NCBI GenBank assembly: GCA_002788855.1
Contig: PFSB01000026.1
Location: 6,142-70,141 of the forward strand
Length of the DNA stretch: 64,000 nucleotides
From: Candidatus Roizmanbacteria bacterium CG_4_9_14_0_2_um_filter_38_17
GTDB lineage: Bacteria; Patescibacteriota; Microgenomatia; GCA-00278855
Direction: 5' to 3'
Both the position numbers and the translations under genes were made by a program. A model generated the notes under the pieces. It searched no databases, was not told the origin of the DNA, and was given only the letters and a program-made list of their open reading frames with translations. Every line of letters starts with the position of its first letter. Positions within the stretch are counted from its first letter, which is position 1. Of the stretch, positions 9,617-19,834 are shown in pieces.

Positions 9617-9639
9617 GTAAATGGTGGCTGACCCTATTT
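9617..9639. repeat. 23-bp direct repeat, right copy
   Basis: Identical to 8678-8700; preceded by ACCGGTCAC (9604-9612), which matches the tRNA-Val 3' end. Confidence 0.9.
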
Positions 9640-9696
9640 TCTCTATTTCCTTTTTCCCATTTGCGTTTGGATCCCCTTAAATGCTACAGTTGATAC

Positions 9697-9939
9697 ATGG
9701 TTGGGACAGTGGTGGGGTCAAATTTTAGTGTGAAGAAAACATTGGCAGCAAATTTTATTGCTGGTATTGGGTGGGGAGTGGGGGCAACTATCGGACTAGC
9801 TTTTTTCTTGAGTCTTGTTACCTGGATATTTGCACAGCTTGGAGGTATTCCAGTTATAGGTCGATGGTTTGTTGAAGGAATCAATGTAACAAATAATGCG
9901 AGAGAACTAAAAGATGCTAATTCCAGGCTTGACAGATAG
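9697..9939 (+). CDS. small membrane protein (DUF5665-like)
   Basis: NFIAGIGWGVGATIG...IPVIG pattern; family from recall. Confidence 0.55.
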   Translation: MVGTVVGSNFSVKKTLAANFIAGIGWGVGATIGLAFFLSLVTWIFAQLGGIPVIGRWFVEGINVTNNARELKDANSRLDR

Positions 9940-9954
9940 CAGTATAATTTTGTC

Positions 9955-11751
9955 ATGAATTCACAAAAAAAAGGTACATTATGGGCGATGCGGCATACTG
10001 GTGAACATCTTCTGCACCAGTCGGTAAAAGAGCTATTCCCAGAGATCAAGCTGGCGATGGGGCCGGCAACCCCAGAGGGCTTCTATTTTGATTTTGATCC
10101 TGGTAAGGTAAAAATTACCCCAGAAGACTTTCCAAAGATAGAGAGTAGAATGGAAGAGCTTAAGAAACTAGATCTGCCTATGATTAGAGAAGAAATTTCC
10201 GTAAAAGAGGCACGAGAACTGTTTAAGGGCAATCCATATAAACAAGAATGGATTGATGGAATTGAGGAAAGACAAGAAAAAGTGACCACCTACCGGACTG
10301 GGAAAGAAGGAGATAAAAATTCCATGGTGGATTTGTGCGCTGGTCCTCACGCAAAGACTACTGGAGAGGTTGGACCTTTTAAACTTCTATCAATAGCCGG
10401 AGCCTATTGGAGAGGTGATGAGAAAAACAAGATGTTAACCCGAATCTATGGCACGGCTTTTCCAACACAAAAAGAGCTGGATAAATATATCTGGCGAGAG
10501 GAGGAAGCTAAAAAAAGAGATCACAGAAAAATAGGTAGGGAAATGGAGCTTTTTACAATAAGAGATGAAGTTGGGCCTGGTTTAGCCATCTGGCTTCCTA
10601 AGGGAAATATCATACGGGAAGAGCTTGAGGCCTGGGCCAAAAAAACAGAAAAAGCATGGGGATATAAGAGTGTGGCAACTCCGCATATTACAAAAGCCAA
10701 CCTTTATTACACATCTGGTCATTTACCATATTATAAAGACGATATGTTTCCTCCGATGGTATTGGACGAAAGCAAAGAAGAGTACTACCTTAAGCCTATG
10801 AACTGTCCTCATCATCACATGGTGTATAGCGACAGACCAAAGAGCTATAGAGACTTACCGCTTCGAATAGCAGAGTTTGGCTATTGTTACCGCTATGAGG
10901 CTTCTGGTGAACTGTTTGGACTAATGAGAGTTAGAGGTTTTGAGCAAAATGATGCTCATATATATTGTACAAAAGACCAGGCTGTTGAGGAATTTGTAAA
11001 AGTAATGAAACTACATGAATATTATTATAAGGCTCTAGGGATAAAGGACTACTATTTGGAATTGGCGCTTCGCGACCCAGCTAATAAGACTAAGTATCAT
11101 GGTAATGAAGCGATGTGGAAAGAAGCAGAAAGCCTAATGCGAGAAGCTGTAGCTCAAGTAGATATTCCTATGGTAGAGGAAGATGGGAGTGCGGCCTTTT
11201 ATGGTCCAAAAATAGATTTTGTTGTTAAGTCATCTATTGGACGTGAATTTGCAACCTCAACAAACCAGATTGATCTATTTATGGGAGATAGGTTTAAATT
11301 AAAATATACTGATGATAAAGGCATTGAACAGACACCGGTTATTATTCATCGGGCTCCACTGGGCTCCCATGAGCGATTTATAGGCTTTTTAATTGAGCAT
11401 TTTGCTGGAGCTTTCCCTGTCTGGCTACATCCAGTCCAGGTCATGATCATACCAATTAGTGCTAAACAACTAGATTATGCTAAGGGTGTTGAAGAGAAAT
11501 TAATCTCGCTTATACCAGAACTAAGAGTGGAGCTAGATAACAGCGATGAAACCTTAGGCAACAAGATTAGAAAAGCGCAAACTCAAAAAGCACCCTACAT
11601 GCTCATTGTGGGAGACAAAGAGGTCGAAAATAACAGCGTAAGTCTAAGGCTCAGAGACGGAAAAGATGGGGGAGTAATAAAAGTAGAAGAATTTGCAGAT
11701 AAAGTGAGCAAGATCATATTAAATAAGGATCTTGAATTAGGATTTAATTAA
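9955..11751 (+). CDS. thrS: threonine--tRNA ligase (no N-terminal TGS domain)
   Basis: MRHTGEHLL, DLCAGPH, GAYWRG, KPMNCP, AFYGPKID, HRAPLGSHERF. Confidence 0.98.
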   Translation: MNSQKKGTLWAMRHTGEHLLHQSVKELFPEIKLAMGPATPEGFYFDFDPGKVKITPEDFPKIESRMEELKKLDLPMIREEISVKEARELFKGNPYKQEWIDGIEERQEKVTTYRTGKEGDKNSMVDLCAGPHAKTTGEVGPFKLLSIAGAYWRGDEKNKMLTRIYGTAFPTQKELDKYIWREEEAKKRDHRKIGREMELFTIRDEVGPGLAIWLPKGNIIREELEAWAKKTEKAWGYKSVATPHITKANLYYTSGHLPYYKDDMFPPMVLDESKEEYYLKPMNCPHHHMVYSDRPKSYRDLPLRIAEFGYCYRYEASGELFGLMRVRGFEQNDAHIYCTKDQAVEEFVKVMKLHEYYYKALGIKDYYLELALRDPANKTKYHGNEAMWKEAESLMREAVAQVDIPMVEEDGSAAFYGPKIDFVVKSSIGREFATSTNQIDLFMGDRFKLKYTDDKGIEQTPVIIHRAPLGSHERFIGFLIEHFAGAFPVWLHPVQVMIIPISAKQLDYAKGVEEKLISLIPELRVELDNSDETLGNKIRKAQTQKAPYMLIVGDKEVENNSVSLRLRDGKDGGVIKVEEFADKVSKIILNKDLELGFN

Positions 11752-11809
11752 GTGTGTTGCAATTGGCCTCACATCTTACTATAATTACTAGATAGCTTTA
11801 AGCTTAAAT

Positions 11810-12343
11810 TTGAAATTGGCAAGAAATAGACAAAATTTTGTTGAGGGTAAGTATTACCAAACAAACGAAGAAATACGTGCACCACAGCTTAGGGTTGTAC
11901 ATCCTAGTGAAGGACAACTTGGTATTTTAAGTCTGGAAGATGCGTTGGCAAAAGCCAAAGAGCTAGAGCTTGATTTAGTTGAGGTTGCTCCAGGTGCTAA
12001 CCCACCTGTAGCAAAACTTATAGACTTTGCTAAGTTTAAGTACGAGGAGTCGAAAAAGAAGAAAAATAGTAAGGCTTCGACGCCAACTACTAAGCAATTG
12101 AGAATGCGTCCTTTTATGGAGCAGCATGATTTTGATGTAAAATTAAAAAAGATTAGTAAGTTTTTGAGTTCAGGAGATAGAGTAAGAATACAGGTTCGTT
12201 TTTTTGGTAGAGAGATAACCAAAAAACAGTTTGGGTTTAATTTAATTAGTAGGGTAATGGAAGAATTGGGAGATAAAGCTAAATTAAATAGTGAACCAAA
12301 GATTAAGGGTAAAGTATTAGAGGCATTAATTTTGCCAAAATAA
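11810..12343 (+). CDS. infC: translation initiation factor IF-3 (TTG start)
   Basis: NEEIRAPQLRV, LDLVEVAPGANPPVAKLID, GREI; gene order. Confidence 0.95.
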   Translation: MKLARNRQNFVEGKYYQTNEEIRAPQLRVVHPSEGQLGILSLEDALAKAKELELDLVEVAPGANPPVAKLIDFAKFKYEESKKKKNSKASTPTTKQLRMRPFMEQHDFDVKLKKISKFLSSGDRVRIQVRFFGREITKKQFGFNLISRVMEELGDKAKLNSEPKIKGKVLEALILPK

Positions 12344-12344
12344 A

Positions 12345-12551
12345 ATGAAAAAACAGAAAACTAAACAAAAGACAAAAAAAGCAGCAGTAAAACGTTTTAA
12401 GTTAACCAAAACTGGTAAGTTGCTGCGCCGCAGACAAAATGCTGGTCATCTGAAGACCGGCAAATCAAAGAGCCAAAAAAGAAGAGCTAAAACCTCTACT
12501 ACTTTAATGGGTAGATTTAAAAGTAAGATTATAAGATTAATAACCGCCTAA
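12345..12551 (+). CDS. rpmI: 50S ribosomal protein L35
   Basis: KTKKAAVKRFKLTKTGK; between infC and rplT. Confidence 0.95.
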   Translation: MKKQKTKQKTKKAAVKRFKLTKTGKLLRRRQNAGHLKTGKSKSQKRRAKTSTTLMGRFKSKIIRLITA

Positions 12552-12552
12552 T

Positions 12553-12909
12553 ATGGTAAGAATAAAAAGAGGAGTCGTATCCAAACGTAAACATAATAAG
12601 GTCTTAAAGGCTGTTAAAGGCTTTCGATTAAGTCGCTCAAAACTCATAAAACGTGCACGTGAGGCATTGGTTCGTAGTTTTGAACATGCTTTTCAGGGTC
12701 GCAAGGAAAGAAAAAGAGATTTTAGACAGCTCTGGATTACAAGAATTTCAGAAGCAGCAAAAAGAGAAGGAATAAGTTATAGTAAGCTTATAAACCTACT
12801 TAAACAGAACAAGATTGAGCTTGATCGTAAAGTACTAGCAGATTTAGTAGTTAACGATCCAGACACCTTTAAACAGATAGTAGCTAAGGTAGCTTTAGTA
12901 GGTTCCTAG
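12553..12909 (+). CDS. rplT: 50S ribosomal protein L20
   Basis: MVRIKRG, RKRDFRQLWITRI, LDRKVLADL. Confidence 0.97.
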   Translation: MVRIKRGVVSKRKHNKVLKAVKGFRLSRSKLIKRAREALVRSFEHAFQGRKERKRDFRQLWITRISEAAKREGISYSKLINLLKQNKIELDRKVLADLVVNDPDTFKQIVAKVALVGS

Positions 12910-12913
12910 TTAA

Positions 12914-13930
12914 ATGGATATACTTGAAATAAAGCAGCAAGCAGAACTAGAGCTTGCAAAGATAACCTCTGGTTCACAACTAGAATTATTTCGTGTTAAA
13001 TACCTTGGAAAACAAGGACTTGTTACTAATCTTCTAAGAAAAATTCCCAAACTAGATATTTTAGAGAGAGGCAAATTTGGAGTGGCGGTTAACGAGTTAA
13101 AACAAACTGTTGAAGATGCTGTCAGTAAACATATAAAAATACTAGCTACTATTAAATCTAGTCCAGTAGATTTAAGTGTCAAGACAGAGCAACCCAGGGG
13201 AACACTCCATCCAGTTACACAAGCAATTGAGCAGATTACAGATATTTTTTCCCGGATTGGATTCAACAGGGTGGCTTATCCAGAGGTCGACTGGGATTGG
13301 TATGCATTTGAGAGCCTTAATATGCCAAAAGGTCACCCAGCGCGAGATGAATGGGAGACATTTTTTGTAGACCATCCGCAGCACTCTAAACTGGGAAAAC
13401 TCGTGCTTACTCCCCATACCTCAAACGGTCAGGTAAGAGAAATGCAGAGGTTAAAAAAACCACCAATGAGGATGATTAATATTGCTCGCTGCTATCGTAG
13501 ACAACAAGACTTAACCCATACATTTATGTTTCACCAGTTTGAGGGATTGGTAATAGATACAGACATTAACTTGAGTCATCTTAAGGGGACTTTTGAGTAC
13601 TTTGCAAAAGAATTCTACGGACCAGATACCAAAATTCGTTTTAGGCCTTTCCATTTTCAGTTTACGGAGCCATCGATGGAGGTCGATTTTAGCTGCGTAC
13701 ATTGTAAGGGTAAAGGCTGTAAATTCTGTAAATCTGGTTGGCATGAAGTGGGAGGGTCTGGGATGATACATCCTAATGTTTTACGAGCTGGAGGAATAGA
13801 TCCAGACAAATATACTGGTTATGCATTTGGGTGGGGAGTTGAGCGGACCTTATCATTAAGACCAGATGTGCAGATTGACGATATTCGCAAATATTATAAC
13901 AATGATATTCGCTTTTTAAAGCAATTTTAA
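12914..13930 (+). CDS. pheS: phenylalanine--tRNA ligase alpha subunit
   Basis: GTLHP, HPARDEWETF, FHQFEGL, FQFTEPS, GYAFGWGVER. Confidence 0.97.
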   Translation: MDILEIKQQAELELAKITSGSQLELFRVKYLGKQGLVTNLLRKIPKLDILERGKFGVAVNELKQTVEDAVSKHIKILATIKSSPVDLSVKTEQPRGTLHPVTQAIEQITDIFSRIGFNRVAYPEVDWDWYAFESLNMPKGHPARDEWETFFVDHPQHSKLGKLVLTPHTSNGQVREMQRLKKPPMRMINIARCYRRQQDLTHTFMFHQFEGLVIDTDINLSHLKGTFEYFAKEFYGPDTKIRFRPFHFQFTEPSMEVDFSCVHCKGKGCKFCKSGWHEVGGSGMIHPNVLRAGGIDPDKYTGYAFGWGVERTLSLRPDVQIDDIRKYYNNDIRFLKQF

Positions 13931-13934
13931 CAAT

Positions 13935-15977
13935 ATGAATGTATTAATCTCAGATAGCTGGTTAAGGGAATATGTAGAAACTAAGGCAACAGCCAATCAG
14001 ATTGCTGATGCTTTATCCTTGCATGGCGCTAGTGTTGAAAGCATTACCAAGAAGGGTAATGACTACGTCTATGACATCGAGATAACTACCAACAGAATTG
14101 ACATGGTCTCCATAATTGGTATGGCAAGAGAAGTAGCTGCTTGCCTAAAGCGTGAGGGTTTTAAGGCAACATTTAGACCACTTAATATTAAAAAGCTAGA
14201 TAAAGTATCCAAAGAATTAGAGGTTGAAATACAAAATGATTCTAAATTATGTAAAAGAGTGCTAGCTGTAGCTTTAGATAATGTTTCCACACATGAGTCA
14301 CCTAAGTTTATTAAGGATAGATTGGAAGCGTCAGGTGTAAGATCTCTCAACTTACTTATAGATATTACTAATTACATCATGCTTGAAATAGGGCATCCAA
14401 CTCACGTCTTTGATCTAGACAGAATCAAGGAAGGCAAGATGATAATTCGTGAATCTAGAAAAGGCGAGCAGATTACATCGCTTGAGCATAAAACATATGG
14501 GCTGACTGGGGGAGATATAATTATTGAAAATGGAAAAGGAACAATCATTGATCTTCCAGGAATTATAGGCACTAGTAATAGCGTTGTTATAGATGACACC
14601 AAGAGAATTCTACTGTTCCTGGAGAATAATGACCAGTTTAAGATGCGCAAATCTTCCATGGAGCTAGATATACATACCATGGCATCGAGCATTAATGAGA
14701 AAGGGCCAGACCCTGAATTAGGGTATGTAGCGCTTTTGAGAGGAATTGAGCTATACATAAAATATGCTGGAGCAACACAGATAAGCAAAATTTATGATAA
14801 TTACCTGCAACCCGCTAAAGCCAAACAGCTAATGCTAAAACATAGCGATCTAGAAAGAATAGCTGGAATAGAACTAAAATGTCCGGAGGTAGTGGAGATA
14901 TTACAGGATCTAGGTTTTAAAACAGCTGAGAAAACAGGAGAATATAGTGTAATAGTTCCTACCTGGAGACTACAGGATGTAACCATAAAGGAGGACTTAA
15001 TTGAGGAAATTGTGCGGATGTATGGATATCACAACATTCCATCAATAATTCCGCCGCTTAGAGAACCATCTGACCAACCAGATCTAGATAGATTTTACTG
15101 GGAAAGAAAGATTAAGCAGGTACTTTCGCAAAACGGTATGCATGAAGTATATACATACTCCTTAGTACCAGAAACACTTGTTGTAGACTCTTCTCGTGCC
15201 TTAAAGATCATCAATCCATTAACAGAGGCCACAGCATTTCTACGCACCAGTCTTATTCCTTCTCTAATTAATGTTGTCAGAGACAATACAAAATACCAAG
15301 ACAAACTATCTGTGTTTGAGATTGCTAATACCTATATAACCAAAGATAAAGATATCCCCACACAAGAACCGCAACTAGGAATTGTATCCAACGCTCATAA
15401 CATTACTCAGCTTAAAGAGATGGTCGAGAAGCTGTTTCAGGAACTAGGAATTGAGTATGAGCTAGAGCAAAAGAGCAAAAAGGATCTAAAGGTAGTGTTT
15501 ACTGTGGGAGGAATAAAAGTTGGAACTGTATATGAGTTTGAAGAGCTTGTGGCAGCTGAGATCGAGCTAAGTTTGTTAAAAGGACACGAAAGGAGATATA
15601 AATCGTATGTGCCAATTTCTACATATCCAGTTTTGATAGAAGATATGACCTTCACCTTTCCAGAGAAAACATTGCTTGGTCCTGTGATAAAAGAGATATA
15701 TCAACAGAGTAAACTAGTAAGTACCGTAGAATTAGTTGGAACTTATGAACAAAATGCAACTTTTAAGATTAGTTATTTGGATAGAGAAAAATCATTAACT
15801 TCAGTTGATATTGAGCCAATCAGAAAAAAAATTGACATGGTATTGTCCTCAAACTACTCAGCCAAATTAGTTGCTAAATTAAACACACACTATAAACACA
15901 CACTAAGTGTGTGTTTAAGGTGTTCAAATAAGGTGCTTAATTTTACTCAATTCTCTCTGATGTTCTGCTCTGTCTAG
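13935..15977 (+). CDS. pheT: phenylalanine--tRNA ligase beta subunit (short, no B2 OB domain; C-terminus extended by repeat insertion)
   Basis: EITTNRIDM, DITNYIMLEIGHPTHVFD, PTWRLQD..EDLIEEIVR, LRTSL. Confidence 0.93.
   Translation: MNVLISDSWLREYVETKATANQIADALSLHGASVESITKKGNDYVYDIEITTNRIDMVSIIGMAREVAACLKREGFKATFRPLNIKKLDKVSKELEVEIQNDSKLCKRVLAVALDNVSTHESPKFIKDRLEASGVRSLNLLIDITNYIMLEIGHPTHVFDLDRIKEGKMIIRESRKGEQITSLEHKTYGLTGGDIIIENGKGTIIDLPGIIGTSNSVVIDDTKRILLFLENNDQFKMRKSSMELDIHTMASSINEKGPDPELGYVALLRGIELYIKYAGATQISKIYDNYLQPAKAKQLMLKHSDLERIAGIELKCPEVVEILQDLGFKTAEKTGEYSVIVPTWRLQDVTIKEDLIEEIVRMYGYHNIPSIIPPLREPSDQPDLDRFYWERKIKQVLSQNGMHEVYTYSLVPETLVVDSSRALKIINPLTEATAFLRTSLIPSLINVVRDNTKYQDKLSVFEIANTYITKDKDIPTQEPQLGIVSNAHNITQLKEMVEKLFQELGIEYELEQKSKKDLKVVFTVGGIKVGTVYEFEELVAAEIELSLLKGHERRYKSYVPISTYPVLIEDMTFTFPEKTLLGPVIKEIYQQSKLVSTVELVGTYEQNATFKISYLDREKSLTSVDIEPIRKKIDMVLSSNYSAKLVAKLNTHYKHTLSVCLRCSNKVLNFTQFSLMFCSV
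15880..15917. repeat. REP-like palindrome TAAACACACACTAAGTGTGTGTTTA (15893-15917) plus a half copy (15880-15892)
   Basis: Identical 25-mer at 16643-16667. Confidence 0.9.
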
Positions 15978-16592
15978 TGTGAAATCTATCAATTCGCTCT
16001 GGGTACTAAAGTTTGACAGTAATCGCTCTTTTGTGATAAATCTGCGTTTAGATAAATTAATATAGTCGCTGAACGAGCACCAGGGGTAATTACGTAGTTC
16101 ATTTGGTTTTTTAACTAAATAAGAAGTTAGTGGGTTGATATGAATATACCTTGCTACGTGAATAAATTGCTCGTTAGTTTCTATAATAGTTCCTTTAAAT
16201 GGATTTTGATAAAGTGAACCAGTTCTTTTGCTTTTTATATTAAGGTATTTTGCGTGGCTATTTTGCAGATGCCTAATGAAACTACTTATGCCATTGTTGA
16301 TATTTTGCCTTACTAATAAATGATAATGATTAGGCATAAGGCAAAATGCATACATGCTAATTCTAGTTCTATTTGAGTCATATAGTGAATCAAGCTCTTT
16401 TGTTCTAGATTTATCGGTTAGTCGTAAATAATTGGATAATCTATGTGGAGCGTTATCAAACATATAATACTCCATCGTATCTATGAATAGATTATGTTCG
16501 TGATTATTCCTAAAGATGATCTGATTTGCTACACTTCGATTGTAGACATGGTAATACTGCCCTGTAATTAGTGGAGTCTTTCGAAAAGTCAT
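15924..16592 (-). mobile_element. REP-associated tyrosine transposase (RAYT; IS200/Y1 HUH family) no. 1
   Basis: YYHVYNRS, CLMPNHYHLL (HUH), YIHINP (catalytic Tyr), YPWCS; flanked by identical palindromes. Confidence 0.9.
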
Positions 16593-16637
16593 CTATAGAC
16601 ATAATAAACAGTTTCTTTGCTGTAATGCAATACGCAG

Positions 16638-16672
16638 CATACTAAACACACACTAAGTGTGTGTTTAGTATG
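16638..16672. repeat. REP-like palindrome CATACTAAACACACACT-A-AGTGTGTGTTTAGTATG
   Basis: Perfect 17-bp arms; core identical to 15893-15917. Confidence 0.9.
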
Positions 16673-16719
16673 TTTATTATTATTTGCTAGGAGACGAGAT
16701 ATTTGTTATAAATTGTTGT

Positions 16720-17163
16720 ATGAAATACAAAGGTTTTACGCTTATTGAGCTCCTGGTTGTGATCTCAATTATTGGATTATTGGCCGCAGCAGGTCTTGCA
16801 ACCTATACCAGCACAATGAATAGAGCAAGATATGCAAAAGCGAAATCTGAGCTTGATGAGCTAAGAAAAGCGATGATAATGTATAGGCTGGATGTTGGAG
16901 AGCTACCTCCGCCTGGTGATAATTGTTCCGCTTGCTCTAATCCACCAAATTCAACCTGGACACTGGCAATTACTTCTTTAATTAATGCTGGTTATCTCTC
17001 AGAGAGAATAGATCGGGATCCATGGGAAAATTACTATGGATACGATGATAATGACTGTAATAGTAATCCAGGTGTAAGTTATATATTTACGGCTGGCGCA
17101 GATAAAGTAAGCTGGACGGCTGATGATTATCGGATAGATGTTACCAATGGATGTGCATATTAA
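16720..17163 (+). CDS. orphan type IV pilin / GspG-like pseudopilin
   Basis: [22 protein letters not shown] class III signal, DPWENYY, YIFTAGAD; ATG 16720 follows TTGCTA-N17-TATAAA. Confidence 0.9.
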   Translation: MKYKGFTLIELLVVISIIGLLAAAGLATYTSTMNRARYAKAKSELDELRKAMIMYRLDVGELPPPGDNCSACSNPPNSTWTLAITSLINAGYLSERIDRDPWENYYGYDDNDCNSNPGVSYIFTAGADKVSWTADDYRIDVTNGCAY

Positions 17164-17186
17164 TCACACCTTTATGATGTGATGTG

Positions 17187-19823
17187 TTAAAGAGTGGGGA
17201 TGGGGGATTGGGAAGGAGTTGGAGTACTTGTTGGATTACTATCCCAGGGAACTTGTACTCCGATTTTTCGCTCGGATTCGGCTGAATTTCCTTTATCGTT
17301 TTCCGCGCGGACCTTTATAGTATAAGCTCCCTGTGATAGGTCTAATTCAATGTCTACTTTATCTGAATTTGCAGTATGTTTACTGGTTCCATCAATAAAT
17401 ACCTCGATCTTTTTAATGGAAGAGCCGGAGACAGCCTGGGCCCGAATATGGATTTTTGTCTCGTCATATTGTTTGTGATCCTCCGGATCTTTAAAGCTGA
17501 TCACAACAGAGGATTCGTCAGTTGAAGTCGTTTCGGTGGGTGGGTGGTATTTGGAATCTTCTACAGATTCTAGCCACTTATTAATACCAGCTTGCCATCT
17601 GTTTATTGTATCTGTGCCAAAAGGGTCCTTTTCCTGTAAAACAATAAAGTCTTTTTCATCGTATTCTCCTTTGGCAATTTCAATACTATTAGCCAGTTTA
17701 TTTGAGTCTGAACGAGAGACTTTTAGTTTTTGGTAGATCGGCGACACATCACTTGGTTCTGTTCCTTTGACAAAATATTCAAGTCTGGTTGGTTGCCCAC
17801 CAACTGGTTTTCCACCCGCAAATTTATCTATCTGTATCTGGACTATATTATCCGGAAGATCACCAAAACCACTTGAGCGCGTTGCTAAAGCTGAGCGCAT
17901 AATACGACTCCAGATTGGGGCGGCCCCTGTAACACCAGAAGCAACAGATTTCATGGGGGAATTATTATTATTGCCAACCCAGACGCCGACTACAATATCT
18001 TTAGTGTAGCCAATGGTCCAGTTATCACGAAAATCATTGGTGGTACCAGTTTTAACGGCTACTTTGTGACCAGGAATATTTAGGTAACTATTGGGACCAA
18101 AAACTAGTGACCTGGCCTCGTTATCTGAAAGAATATCTGAGATTATATAGGCAACTCCTGGCTCTAACACTTCTTTGCCGCGACTTTGTTTGTGCTCAAA
18201 AATTGTTTTACCGTTAGAATTCTCGATCTTAAGAATAGATATAGGCTCGTGACGAACTCCAGAAGCTCCAAACACTCCAAAGGCCGATGTCATATCTATT
18301 AAGCGCACTTCGCCCCCTCCAAGAGTTATAGATAGCCCAAATCGGTTAATATTGCTGCGTGTTGGCTCTAATGTTGTAAAGCCCATCTTAAACGCAATTT
18401 CCATCATATCCTCAACGCCCACTAGAGCTAAGGTTTTAACTGCCATGGTGTTTATAGAATTGGCTAATCCGTAGCGTAACTGTAGTGGCCCACGATACTT
18501 ACCATCATAGTTTTCAGGTATATATTCAGGATTTTCTTCGCCACCGGGAAACTCAGTTAATGCGTCAACAAGAACAGTGTCAGCTGCATAGCCCTTAGAT
18601 AGGGCTGTAGCATAGGTAAATGGTTTAATTGCTGAACCGGGCTGCCTTAAGCCCTGCACAGCAACATTGAACTTGCCCTCAAATGCTTCCTCTTCATCTC
18701 CAGTTTCACTATAGTCCTTAGATCCCACCATAGCTAATACTTCTCCTGTTTGAGGATCAATTGCCACTACTGCACCATTTGTTACATTAAAGTTGGTAAC
18801 TTTAGCTATCTCCTCCAGTACTATTTTTTCTACATCTTCCTGAAGATCTAGATCTAAAGTGGTGGTTACTCTCAAGCCACCTTGCTCAACCTCTGATTCG
18901 CCGTATTGATCTACTAACAGCTGTTTTACATACATTACGAAATGAGCCGCTGTTATCTGGGCACTATTTCCGGAGAAGATTACTTTATCTAGTTGAGATA
19001 GAGCAACCTTTTCTTCATCTTTAGATATGTACTTATCTTCGCGCATGCGCCGGAGAACATTTTGAGTTCGACTAATGTATGCGGTAGGATTAGGCCCATA
19101 AGGAGAATAACGGGTAGGGGATTGTGGTAGGCCGGCAAGTATGGCAGATTCTACCAAGTTAAGCTCTGATACGTCTTTATCAAAGTATGTCTCAGCCGCA
19201 GTTTTAGTTCCCCAGGCTGTGCCTCCATAAGGAATGTTGTTTAGATACATCTCAAGAATCTCATCTTTGGTATATTTCCGCTCAATCTGGATTGAAAGAA
19301 TGAGCTCTTTAACTTTACGAGGTAAAGATTTTTCTGTAGTTAGCAGGGCATTTTTTACTAATTGCTGGGTTAGCGTAGACCCACCTTGAACCTTACCTAG
19401 GAATATACTATGAAAAGCTCCTCGCATCATACCTGAAATTGAAAAACCTGAGTGTTTGTAAAAATCTTGATCCTCAATTGCGATAGTTGCTTGTTTGAGA
19501 TATTCAGGGACTTCATCTAGCTTTAAGGGGACAAGATTTTGTTCAGCGTATATATCATACAGGGGCTCGCCGTCACGTGAGTAGATGATGGTAGAAAGGC
19601 CATCAAACTGGCGCACTTTGTCTGGTCTTGGTAAGTCTTTTGAGTACCAGGCAAATAACCCAACGACTACAAGAAACCCTAAGACTATGAGTACAACTAA
19701 TGCTACAGATAAATTGGCAACCAACTTATCTTTTCTGAATCTAATAGCGCCAAAATTTAGACGAGATCTGCGACGCGACCTTCTTTTCTGACTATAGTCG
19801 TAAGCTTTTCTCATTATATACAC
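17187..19823 (-). CDS. class A penicillin-binding protein (transglycosylase/transpeptidase) with C-terminal Ig-like domain
   Basis: EDQDFYKH, GGSTLTQQLVKN, RKVKE, QPGSAIKP (SxxK), SIN, KTGT. Confidence 0.95.
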   Translation of the reverse strand: MYIMRKAYDYSQKRRSRRRSRLNFGAIRFRKDKLVANLSVALVVLIVLGFLVVVGLFAWYSKDLPRPDKVRQFDGLSTIIYSRDGEPLYDIYAEQNLVPLKLDEVPEYLKQATIAIEDQDFYKHSGFSISGMMRGAFHSIFLGKVQGGSTLTQQLVKNALLTTEKSLPRKVKELILSIQIERKYTKDEILEMYLNNIPYGGTAWGTKTAAETYFDKDVSELNLVESAILAGLPQSPTRYSPYGPNPTAYISRTQNVLRRMREDKYISKDEEKVALSQLDKVIFSGNSAQITAAHFVMYVKQLLVDQYGESEVEQGGLRVTTTLDLDLQEDVEKIVLEEIAKVTNFNVTNGAVVAIDPQTGEVLAMVGSKDYSETGDEEEAFEGKFNVAVQGLRQPGSAIKPFTYATALSKGYAADTVLVDALTEFPGGEENPEYIPENYDGKYRGPLQLRYGLANSINTMAVKTLALVGVEDMMEIAFKMGFTTLEPTRSNINRFGLSITLGGGEVRLIDMTSAFGVFGASGVRHEPISILKIENSNGKTIFEHKQSRGKEVLEPGVAYIISDILSDNEARSLVFGPNSYLNIPGHKVAVKTGTTNDFRDNWTIGYTKDIVVGVWVGNNNNSPMKSVASGVTGAAPIWSRIMRSALATRSSGFGDLPDNIVQIQIDKFAGGKPVGGQPTRLEYFVKGTEPSDVSPIYQKLKVSRSDSNKLANSIEIAKGEYDEKDFIVLQEKDPFGTDTINRWQAGINKWLESVEDSKYHPPTETTSTDESSVVISFKDPEDHKQYDETKIHIRAQAVSGSSIKKIEVFIDGTSKHTANSDKVDIELDLSQGAYTIKVRAENDKGNSAESERKIGVQVPWDSNPTSTPTPSQSPIPTL

Positions 19824-19834
19824 TTTTTAGTTTA

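Noticed and set aside
11810-11812. Non-ATG start of infC
   Set aside because: Non-canonical infC starts are a known autoregulatory feature.
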